Source: Antedon mediterranea (taxonomy: Eukaryota; Animalia; Echinodermata). Taken from it: DNA of 64,000 bases. The notes beneath the pieces are model-generated. The model did not search any database. It had not been told where the DNA came from and saw nothing but the letters and a program-made list of their open reading frames with translations. Positions 11,266 through 23,100 of this stretch are shown one piece after another (position 1 is the first letter of the stretch; every line of letters starts with the position of its first letter). The stretch covers positions 19,601,045 to 19,665,044 of the forward strand of contig NC_092680.1 in NCBI RefSeq assembly GCF_964355755.1, written 5' to 3'. The translations under genes were made by a program, and so were the position numbers.

Positions 11266-14109
11266 AAAAATAATGCACAGTAACACACAGTGTAGAAAAG
11301 TATCAGTAACATAAAAAAGTAAAGTATGGTGAAATTGGTAGTGTACTAATATCAACTAACCAGAATTTCAAAGACTTTATGCAACATCTTACGTTTTTGT
11401 TTATTTTTCTTTTTTTAGTACCTGGGCAGACACTAGTGGAAATTTGATTAGCGTTAAAATTGAATTCTTTTATACATTTCTATTACAATATATTGTACAT
11501 GACAACATAATTGCTATAGCTCAATCAAAGGAAGTGTGTTAACCATTATACCCCAATTACACACTATGGAAACTAACTCTATTTTATAATACACTGTATC
11601 ACATGAGTTATACAGTAGTCAGAAAATTAAAACAAAATGTTATTATACTGTAGCACTACTACTATTAAATTGCCTACCTTTGTTTTAACTCTTTAGATAA
11701 ACAAAACCATTCCAACTGAGATAATGAATTGGACAGTTGTAAAAGATACGATTCAAGACGGGGACAGGATGCAAAATAGGATGCAGGGAACATCCGTGTC
11801 GCCACACCACACCTTGACAAATCAAACAGAATCCTGACAAGACTGGGACAAGATGCAAAATAGGATGCAGGGAACATCCGTGTCACCACACCGCACCACG
11901 ACAAATCCAACAGAATCCTGACATCAAGTGACAGAGGAATCACCAGCTTCAGATTCAGATCTAAAAGGTGTGTAAAATGTAAAAGAAATTAATTTTCTTT
12001 TAGAAAATGGATGCTATTTTAAAATTCACAATGATTTAATAGTGAATTAAAGAGTAGAGAGCAATGAAGTTAAAATGTGTTTGTACTACTATTAGTTACT
12101 TACCTATATTTGCTTTAATTCTTTAGATAAACAAAGGCTAGATGCCAATTGAGACAATTTGATCAGTTGTGAAACTTCAAAGAGATGATAATGATAATAC
12201 GATTATCTGTGAAAACTAACAAAACAATGTAAAGCCAAGACTTGCGCAGAATGTGAGGAACAAATCGACAGAATCCAACAGAATCCAGATAGCAATTAAC
12301 AGTGGAAACTTGAACCGATCTAAAAGGTGTGTAAAATGTAAATAAATTAGTTTCGCTTTTAAAAATATACTATATTTCAAAATTCACAATGATTTAATTG
12401 AATTAATACATTTAAACAGAAAGTTAACACATAATTTGTATGTAATATTAATAATGAAATTATCTACCTTTGTTTTAGATAAAGAAAGGCTAGGCGCCAA
12501 TTGAGAGAATTTGTTTTGAAACTTCAAAGAGATAATAATGATAATACGATACTGGGAAAACCGGAAAAACAATGTAATGCTAAGACTGGACTGGATGTAA
12601 GGAACATCAGCACTGTTTAAAAATCGATAGAATCCAACAGAATACAGATTGTAATTGACAGAGGAAACAACAAACTTGAACAGATCTAAAAGGTGTGTAA
12701 AATGTAAAGAAATTAGTTTTGTTTTTAAAAATATACTATATTTTAAAAATTCACAATGATTTAATTATTTAATACATTATAGTCAGAAGGTTAAATAATT
12801 TGTATATACTAATATTAAATGTCCTACCTTTGTTTTTAATCCTTTAGATAAACAAAGTCTAGGCAACAATTGAGAGAATTTCAGTTAGTTGTGAAAATGA
12901 TAATAATACAACAAAAAAACTGGCAAAATACTGTTATGCCAAGAAATACACAGGATATGAGGAACATCACCACTGTAAAAAAAAAACTGAAAAAATCGAC
13001 AGAATCCAACAGAATACAGATATAGACCGGGCACCCAGAGAATTTATTCATGTGAAAAGCCACAAGAGGTTTGATTGACTGATTATGTAGGTATTGGCTA
13101 AGATGCAATAATCAATGTTGCTGCCGGGTCATATATCCTGTAACTTTTCCCTGGCGACACCAAATAGGAGGGGTAAAAGCGAATTTAATCATGTGAAATA
13201 CCACACGGTTAAAGTTGTTGGACATCATCCCCATATTATGTGTGTACAATGTTAAAACAGCAATGACAGCCACTTTATCCTGTAAGTTGCCTGAGTCAGT
13301 AGCTCCAAGTGACTCACTCACCCACTCAAAAATGGTGTTATTCATGTCAAAAGCCACACGGCTAATTCCTTTTGCATTGTAACTGTCACACATTGGGTGC
13401 ATAAAAATACCATTGACTGCAACTTTATTCTGTAAGTTGCCCTAGACAGTATCCCAAAAATGCCTGTTGGGCCATACAAGATTTAATTATGCAAAGAGCC
13501 ACACGGCAAATTCCTTTTACATTGTAACTACAGTATTATCCTTTGGGATAAACGAAAATACCATTGACAGTAACTTTATCTTGTAAGTTGCCCCAGATAG
13601 TAGGCCACAATTTCCAATTCCGACAAGATTGAATAACTCGAAAAGCCACATGGCATTACCCTACATTTACCATAACACTAAGATTTCGAGGCACTTAGTG
13701 ACCATCCCATCGTTAAAAATCCCAAATTCAGCAGATGCGGATTCTGGGGTGTGTACTCGCAGAAGGCAGTGAAATATATATTATGCGGTATTAAAGCTAT
13801 GTATAGATATAGTAATAGAGGAATAACTAAAGCAAGTCCGTTTAGTAAAAGCTAAGTTCGTAATGCATGTTAAACCTGGACACTGACTAAACTTAAGTTT
13901 CAAAAAGATCAATGCTTTTGAGTTATGATGTCATAATTGACGTATGCTACGTCGATGAAACTGAGTTGTTGGTGGGACAATGAACTTTTATGAATTCTAA
14001 TACCTTGTTTGGAAATACTGTACAGAAATTAACAATCCTAGTTAGACTAATCACTATCAAGAAACAATGACATTTTAACATAGGTTTAGAAGAGAGGTTT
14101 TTAAAAGAC

Positions 14110-14390
14110 AGGTGTTTTACAGATATAATGGAGAAAGTAAGACTGTCAAAATGGAGATGGGCTGGGCATGTGGCAAGATTTCAAGATAATAGATGGACAT
14201 ACAGATTAACAGAATGGCAACCAAGGGTAGGAAAGAGAAAATGAGGAAGACAGAAAAAAGGTGGAGAGATGATCTAACAACATACATTGGAACGGCTGCA
14301 TGGACTAGGACACCAAGAATAAGACAGAAATGGAAATTTTATGAGGAGGGCTTCATTCAACAATGGATGAACTAATGCCTAGATAGATAG
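14110..14390 (+). mobile_element. RTE-clade LINE 3' fragment nested in the Academ-like element
   Basis: Translates to DIMEKVRLSKWRWAGHVARFQDNRWTYRLTEWQPR and, after a frameshift, KRWRDDL, the RTE ORF C-terminal motif. It ends in a (TAGA)n tail. Confidence 0.85.
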
Positions 14391-14716
14391 AACATAGGTT
14401 TTTAAAATACACCAGTTTACAACTGTAATAACATAGACATGTTTTAGAAGGAGAATCCGTATTGTTGAAATCATGAATATTGTAAGGTTAATATAATATA
14501 AAGTGTAGCTAATTAGATTATCAAAGTAGCATTGATATCATTAAGACAAGGTTTCGGAGACATTGGCTTTTAGAAGAAACAAGGCCATATACATGGCTGC
14601 AGTCGCGTGCGCAAATTTGAGGTAGTGTTTACAGACCGACTGACATAGTGAACTGTAGTCGCGGTTCTACGCGACTAAAAATTGAGAACCAACTAAATAC
14701 AACCACACACACTTAA

Positions 14717-14882
14717 ATGTTATGATAAATGTTTGGGTTACTGTCTAGGGGAAAATTGATGCTGGCTCACATGTTATGATAAATGTTTGGGTTACTGTCT
14801 AGGGGAAAATTGCTGCTGGCTCACATGTTATGATAGATGTTTGGGTTACTGTCTAGGGGAAAATTGCTGCTGGCTCACATGT
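14717..14882. repeat. 54-bp tandem repeat x3
   Basis: ATGTTATGATAAATGTTTGGGTTACTGTCTAGGGGAAAATTG.TGCTGGCTCAC at 14717, 14771 and 14825. Confidence 0.9.
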
Positions 14883-16542
14883 TTTTTTTATATCTCAACG
14901 GTATTTTTCGTATCTCAGGGGTAATAATTACAATGCAAAAAAAAAATTAGCCGTGTTGTTAAATCTTGTAGTAGCTGGGGATTTTGTAGGCTACTGTTTT
15001 GGGTAACGTACAGACTAAAGTTGCTGTCAATGATATTTTCGTATAAGTCCCTCTGCAATTGAAAGTTATAACAATATGCCATGTACTGGTTCTTCAAATT
15101 ATTCAATCTTGTAGGGATCGGAATTGGAAATTGTGGCCTACTATCTGGGGCAACTTATAGGATAAAGTTACTGTCAATGGTATTTTCGTATATCCCAAAG
15201 GATAATACTGTAGTTACAATGTAAAAGGAATTTGCCGTGTGGCTCTTCACATGATTTAATCTTGTATGGCTTAACGGGAATTTTTGGGCTACTATCTGGG
15301 GCAACTTACAGGATAAAGTTGCAGTCAATGGTTTTTCTGTGCACCCAAATGTGTGACAGTTACAATGCAAAAGGAATTAGCCGTGTGGCTCTTGACATGA
15401 ATAACACCATTTTTTAGTGGTCACTTAGGGCTACTGTTTCGGGCAACTTACAGGATAAAGTTGCTGTCATTGCTGTTTTAACATTGTATACACATATGGG
15501 AATGATGTCAAACAACTTTTATCCATGTGGCTTTTCATATGATTAAATCTAATTTTTTACCCCTCCTATTTGGGGTCTCCAGGGTAAATTTACAGGATAT
15601 GACCCAGCAGCAATATTGATTATTGCATCTTAGCCATATATCTACATAATCAGCCAATCAAACCTCTTGTGGCTTTTCACATAAATACATTTTATGGGCA
15701 CATGGTCTAATAGTAATCAACAGTGGACAGATCTAAAAGGTGTGTAGAATGTAAAAGAAATTAGTTTTGCTTTTAAAAATATACATTATTTAAAAACTCA
15801 CAATGATTTGACTGTGAATTAATACATTATAGTCAGAAAGTTGAACAATTTGTATGCAATACTAATATTAAATTACCTACCTTTGCTTGAATTCTTTAGA
15901 TATACAAAGGCTAGGTGCCAATTGAGAGAATTTCAGTTAGAAAAACCAAGGAGATGATAATAATATGAGACTGGGAAAACTTGCAAAATATTGTAATACC
16001 AAGACTTGCACATGATGTGAGGAACATCAACACTCTTTCAAACTTAACAGAATTCAACAGAAGTCAGATATTAATTGACAGTGGAAACTTGAACAGATCT
16101 AAAAGGTTTGTAAAATGTAAAGAAATTAGTTTTGCTTTTAAAAATATACTATATTTCAAAATTCACAATTATTTAATTAATACATTATAGTGAGAAAGGT
16201 AAACAATTTGTATGTAATACTAATATGATATTTCCTACCTGTTTTAATTCTTTAGGTGAAAAAAATTGAGGTTCCAATTGGAAACAATGTGACAACTTGG
16301 AGAGTTATGAAACTTGAAAGTGATGATCTAACGACGGAAAAACTTGAAAAATAATGGCAACACTTTTTAGGCACAGTGTGGGGAACATCTGCTTCACCAT
16401 TCAACTTCCAAATGTTATATCCTGCATAGAATTGAATAATATTGTAATATCAGTATTCATACTCAGAATGAAGTATTAAAAATACACAACTGATCATAAT
16501 TTGATGTTTTTACTGTGTCCTTTGTATTACAGCTCTAAGTGT

Positions 16543-16868
16543 TATAGGTCCATGGTGTAACATTGCCCGCCACAATACTGTAACACCATCGACATTAATG
16601 TATAGGTCCATGGTGTAACATTGCCCACCACAATACTGTAACACCATCGACATTAATGTATAGGTCCATGGTGTTACATTGCCCACCACAATACTGTAAC
16701 ACCATGGACAATGTATAGGTCCATTGTGTAACATTGCCCACCACAATACTGTTACACCATGGACAATGTATAGGTCCATGGTGTAACATTGTCCACCACA
16801 ATACTGTAATATCATAGACATTAATTTATAGGTCGATGGTTAACATTGCCAACCACAGCACTGTAATA
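16543..16868. repeat. 55-58 bp minisatellite x6
   Basis: TATAGGTCCATGGTGTAACATTGCCCACCACAATACTGTAACACCAT repeats from 16543, 16601, 16659, 16714, 16769 and about 16827. Confidence 0.9.
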
Positions 16869-19800
16869 CGAATACTTTTTCCAAAGTCAGATTTCAATAA
16901 AGTTGACTGTACCAGGCCTTTTCGTTTGAGGTGAGTGAGTGTCATCACTCGCCTAACATACTCCTAAACTGTCCTTGAGGAGTGTGATTTACAACACACT
17001 TAATTTTTAAAAAGACAAGGCCTGTTGTACATAATATAAATCAAAAAGTGGATACAAATTAAACCAGCAACTGATACAAACAAATACTCTATAGAACTTA
17101 TCAGTTTCTCTATATTTTGATATTTATTCACCAACCAAAACATATTAACATCTCCTCTTTCTTCGCATCCGTCATTTAATTGAACTAAATAATGCAACTA
17201 AACTAGTTTATCATCCCTTTCATTAACAGCACTGGATCATACATACATCTCTTTATATAGCACCATACCAAAAAACACAGCGACTTCTGTTTTTCATACT
17301 TTTTTAAGTACCAAAAATTACAAAAACTGGGCCCAAAATTACAATACTTACGATCTAAACCCTCATACGGGGTATATTTTAATACACTAAAATATTACTA
17401 TTTAAACTTTTTGTTTTAACAATTTGTTTCTCTCGCACTCTCACACAGAAGGCATCAGTTTTTTTGACATGGTTTACACTGTATATACAATCTACATATT
17501 ATTTGCATATTAATTTTGCTTATTTGCATGCTCAGACAAATAGCACATCTCACGTTTTCACTTCCCACCAATACTAAATTGGCTCAAATATTCTATATAG
17601 TAACATAAAAATAAACTTTTTATACAATTCATTTCCTAACATTTCTTTCCCTAAAAGATTTCTATTCGTTTTGTATTTTTGCTCGAAATTGGTTTATATA
17701 TAACGCCGTCTCAAGGTGGGATGGTTGAAATATGAGATGTACTGTCTCTCTCTCTTACTTTTTTACAGACTTATTAGCTATTTACAATGAAACATAAAAA
17801 TAGTAAACAAATAAGATACAGTGTCCAATGCTTTATATACAACAGCATATTCCACATCCAGTTAAATTCTAGTTCCCTAACAACTACCTTTATCAACAAA
17901 AGTATTGCATTTTTTAAGTAATTCATTTAATTTGTATGTTAAAGAGTGTATGTTCTCCATTCATTTACATGGGAATATCATTTGGAAGCCAACTATAAAA
18001 CATACATATCGAGAAAACACAGTAAAAATTATTACATTAAAAAAACTACACTAACTTTAAAACATTTGGTTCAATTGTTATTTTAAATGTATTTGGAGTG
18101 ATTGATACTGGCATTATTAAAATAATTGACTGCTATGAAATAAATACACTATTGTATTCATGAATATGGGGTATTTCAGTTCACGAGTATTACAGTATTG
18201 TGCTTAATGTACAAGTATGCACAAAGCAAAACTACACAAGTCTCTTATGTAGCAAACTTGCAAAATAGCGGCTTATGGATTGTCTATGCTAAGTTTGAAC
18301 TTTAACCATTACAACAAACACTATTTGTACGAAAAAAAATATCTAAAAACGGACAAATGTTTGCAAAAATATATATTGTTACAATAAAAAAAATTTGTGA
18401 TTTTTTAATATTTGAAAAACAGAGAGGTTAAAATTCCAACAAATACCTGAACTACTCAAGCAAAAAAAAAAAAAATATTAATTCACCCAACCGATTAAAA
18501 TATAACAAGCAGTAGAATATTTTTCTTTGGTTCCTAAACTACTATACATTATACAATATGACCCAACATTACTGAAATACACACCCCACCCAATGTTAAA
18601 ACTGGTCAAATATCGTATATGATTCCTACATTGAATAATTGGTAGTAGCACTAGTTGTTATTATAGTGAGGAATATTCAGAAATAGTTGCACCAACAAGC
18701 CTAAACAATGTACAATTATAATTATGCAGAATTCCATCTGATATTATGACATTATTGAATGCTACAAATAAAAGGTACTGTCCTGGTATTATCACAAACA
18801 ATGTGCATATAGATTATCTGTAATAGTTGATTATTATTAATGAGAAATATTAATTATGGATCACAAACAAGAATCGTAAACAGTTTATAGTACAAAGGTA
18901 TGAATTGCCGATGCAGTGACCTGCGCAATGTGATAATATTGTGGTACGTCAAAATCAGATAAGCAGCTAAACCTGCACTTAGTATCTCAACATCAATCTA
19001 AAAGACAATGGCGTTAATTTTAACCAGATTACATTAGTATGAGCACCCATGGACTTGCTTATCAGTTGAAATTAGCAAGCATAAACACATATTTTGGTGT
19101 AAATAATTATATTCTGTGATTATTTTTTAGTTGTTTCAAATGCCAAAAAGTATGCTAGAAAAGGACATTTCACATTCATGTCAAGTGTTTGAAATTATTA
19201 TTTAGATAATTTATAATTAATATAAATTTTAATTAATTAAAATGAACTAAAAGAAATTTGATTGAAATGTGTTCTACCATCTGTACAAATTAATTTTAAA
19301 TTTGATGGATTAACAATATCGAGTGGTTAATAAAAATGTAAAAAAATATCACATTAGTTTTTGGTGTTAGACTATAAGTACAGTACAGTGGTAGAGATAC
19401 ATGCAAACATAATGTTAAAGGATTACCATATAGACTCCAGCATAGAAAACCAAAATATTTAACAAATCAATCTCATTTGCTTTGATAATTGGAAAAAGAG
19501 GGCCATGGATATCAGCTGGCTTGTTGGGTCAGCTGGAAGTGGCATACCTTCTATAAAGTTGAAATAAATACAATTGTGTGGTTTCCATTGTAAATCATTA
19601 TCGGTGTAATGTCACATGCAATTGTTCAACTTGAGACATATACTAGAGTCTGTATGGTAAACATCATAAAAACATAACATTTAATTCAACACAAACAATA
19701 CTAATAAAACAAAAGGTAACATGGTCAAATCTATTGCATTGCCTACCAGAATAAAATTGTGCAATTGTGATCTTATCCTCAAATAATTAGCAGGAATGTG

Positions 19801-20160
19801 GACACTATAGGCTATTTAAACACATTAACCAGGTTTCTGATTTCAATAATGGTTTTAGATTGGCCATTTGTATTGTTTGCCTAACAAACTAATGAATAAG
19901 ACCAGGTGTATTGTAACCAATAGATAAGTCATAGTGAAGCTCTATTTATATATAGATTCAGCACATTGTATTCTAGGAGTACGAGTTATTGTTAAGTTAC
20001 TAAGAGCTGGCCTGCCAGGAACTGGGTGGTTGAGTTTCTAGGTGCTAATCTGTGAAGGGATGGCCCTGCTTAGATCTGGCCTTGTTACTAATAAAATGGC
20101 TGTTTAGATAGTAGTCTGCTAGTCCTTTTATACACCCTGTGATGGCATTATCAACTTCTG

Positions 20161-23100
20161 CTACGTTTTCTTGATTCTCCTCTGGGCTTTCTTTATCTTC
20201 CTCCCTTGCACATTTCCACTGGACACGGCATTAAATGGATTATCATTGGTAGCATTGGCCCTTAATAAAAAACAAGATTGATATTAATAACAACTAATGA
20301 ATTAAACTAAAGTAATGTTAAACAGGATTCATGTAGGTGAAAATAACGAACAGACAATTCGCTGAAACAAATCAATTTTTTTCTCCCATTTATGATATTT
20401 GCAAGGAATTCTAAAGCTCTGTTTACACTATCAAATTATTTTGGCAAAAAAAAAGTTTGATGTGCCCATTTATGGTTTGTTTGTTTGTTTGTTTTATTAG
20501 TTTCTCCACACATTTTAAAATAAAAGATAAAAATTACAAATTGCAAAAAGAAAATTACAATAAACAAGAAAAACATAAAAAATGTGCGGATGGAGGTCAA
20601 AATAAGTTGCGGACAACTTTAAGTCATGACCACCAGTTAAAAAAAAAAATAATGAAGGTATACAAAATAGCAGTCCGGCTTACATTAAAAATACAGAAGT
20701 TTAAATTGCTAAGACAATAGTACAATTACAAGATGAACAATATGATAAGGTATTCATGGTAGTGATATGACATCATCATGTTCATATATTGGCACATCAC
20801 ATTTTTTGTCACAAAGTTTGATAGTGCAGTAGACAGAGTTTTAGCACTGGACAGAAACTTGTGTAGTCTTTAAATTCAGTTCCTAAACCTACTTGAATTG
20901 AAATGCCATTGAGTCGTTTCCACGGTTTGAAAATGCACTAAAGTTGGGTGGTTGTACTGCTGGTGTAGATCCAAAATTAAAACCACCACTAGGGGCTGGT
21001 GTGGTTGATGACAGCTCCGAACTCTTTCCTCCAAACTGGAAAAGAGAGGAAGAATTGGTTTGCTGCCCAAACTGGAATGAGTTGTTAGGTTTTGAATTTG
21101 AATCACTGTTGAACTGAAAACCTATAAAGAAAACAATTGAATTAAATTTTCCATTTTGATCATAACTCAGCATTGTATAGTATGTTCAGGGAATTACACT
21201 AATTAAACAGGGAATAATTTCGCCAGTGTAGCATAGAAAAAAGCTATACATAACCTTTTTGCTGCAGATTTTTAAAATTGTGTAGCAAAAAATACAATAC
21301 GAAACTATGTTTCACGACTTAAAAATCAGTTTGATTAGCAATATTGCTAAACAAAATTTTAAAATGAAATTTTCCCCTGTGTATTTAAAATGATAAAACA
21401 GAAGATAAATAGGGAAAATCATTTAAAGTTATACACTTAAGAATATACTAAGACATTTCGAAGACATTTGTGTTGGTCTCCAGGATATTCAGATTCACTA
21501 CTAAAGAGAGATCTAATCTATTAAGAATTTGTTAAATGAACTATTTTCTTACCACCACCACCTGGTCCATTGGTTTGCGGTGCCATACTACCGAATGCTG
21601 GAGCAGGGGTATTGTTAGCACCAGCACCACCAAAAGTAACAGAGTTACTATTCCCCATACCAAAGCCGCTCGAACCTATCGTTGAATTACTCTGACCGCC
21701 AAAGGTTGGCGTGGATGACGTGGCACCAAACTTGGGAGCAGCATTGCTAGGGGTAAAATTGAAACCACCACCACCACCATTGTTACTGGAGTCATTGAAG
21801 GTAACACCGCCTGTGGTAGAATTTACGCTGTTACCAAGTGTTGGTGCTGTTGAATTATTTACTGTGGCTCCAAAATCTGAAAGAACATTTTTATGTTGTA
21901 TTATCAATGTACTACTACTACTACTATATTTATATAATATCTTGAATTTAAAAATTGCATAAAATGATGGGGGTGGGGAGGGGCTTATACAAATAGTTGA
22001 ATTAACCCACCCTCAATATGGGACACACCCACCACCCTCAGTATAGGACACACCCACCCTCAGTATGGGCACACACACCCCCCTTCAGTATGGGACACAC
22101 CAACCCTCAGTATGGGACACACCCAAGCTCAGTATAGGACACATCCACCCTCAGTATGGGACAAACCCACCCTCAGTATAGGAAGCAGCTGCGGTTTTTA
22201 CTTTGCAAACCAAGGCAAACAAAAAATTACTAAAGTTAGCTAGTGTAGACAGCTAGCAGGCCTAAGACATTACTGTATATACTGTTAACTCACCAACAAA
22301 TGATGGCGCTGTTGGATTTGGATTCTGGCCAAACTTGAAGGTGGGTGGTTCTGCTGTGGAAGCTGCAGGAGCAGACATGGTGTTGCCACCAAAACCAAAG
22401 GTAGACAGTGAACCAGTGTTAGTGGTTGATGCTGGTTCTTGAGGCTTCTCATTTCCAAATGAAAATCCTCCCATTTTTGCAGGTGGGCCTCGGATACCTG
22501 TTGAATATTTAAATTTGTATATGTTAATAAAAGGTTTCATATGTTAAGAAAAAAACAATCATTATATTGTATAAAAAAAACAAATAATTGTTAATTACCT
22601 GCATCATCAGTTCCTGAAGTGGATTTTCCAAATGAAAACGTGGTACTTGGTTTTTCAACTAAAATCAATACATAATATTGTAAACTAAATTTTCATCAAA
22701 ACATGGTTCTAGCAGAATTTCTGTTCACTTATATTTTAAAAGAATACTGTTTAAAAGATTTAAACTGTAATAAAGTTGAAGAACAGAAATATAAGGAATT
22801 ACATTACATCTCCTTAATAACTTGGAAAATTAAAGTGTAAACCTATTCATCAAGGTTAATCATATTATTGGAGAGATTAGACAATGAATGTTTGGTGATA
22901 CAATCATTTAAGTTTATTGTAAAGCTCTGTATACACTATCAAACTTTATGTGACAAAACAATGTGCCCATATATGGACATGTGTGTCTACACTATCTAAC
23001 CAATTTGACATCAAAAAGATGTGATGTGCCCAAATATGGTAGTGATATTCCCAAATACGGTAGTGATATGACATCATCATGTCCATATATGGGCACATCA

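Larger units (their letters stand above)
13023..15709. mobile_element. Non-autonomous Academ-like DNA transposon with about 600-bp TIRs
   Basis: Termini 5'-TAGACC...GGTCTA-3' and a 3-bp TSD ATA (13020-13022 / 15710-15712). About 13023-13650 is the reverse complement of about 15090-15709, and the arms are built from about 145-bp subrepeats. Removing the element restores AATACAG-ATA-GTAATCAACAGTGG, matching sibling array units. Confidence 0.8.
11610..16400 (+). repeat. Tandem array of about 360-bp exon/intron-like units (6 acceptors, 5 donors), interrupted by the 13023-15709 element
   Basis: Repeated pyrimidine-rich acceptors ...TTTAG end at 11696, 12126, 12478, 12847, 15899 and 16255. Donors GATCTAAAAG|GT(G/T)TGTA start at 11968, 12327, 12693, 15740 and 16106. 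Confidence 0.8.

Noticed and set aside
13112-13402. ORFs in the long inverted repeats (also 15155-15417)
   Set aside because: The arms differ by frameshifts and stops and have no transposase motifs. This is TIR subrepeat sequence.
16543-16868. CRISPR-like appearance of regular repeats (also 25305-25445 and 42451-42626)
   Set aside because: The units are head-to-tail with no unique spacers, there are no cas genes and the context is eukaryotic. These are minisatellites.
17000-20150. Hidden gene between the array and NUP153
   Set aside because: Uniformly AT-rich with no coherent exons. It is most simply a long NUP153 3' UTR or intergenic sequence.
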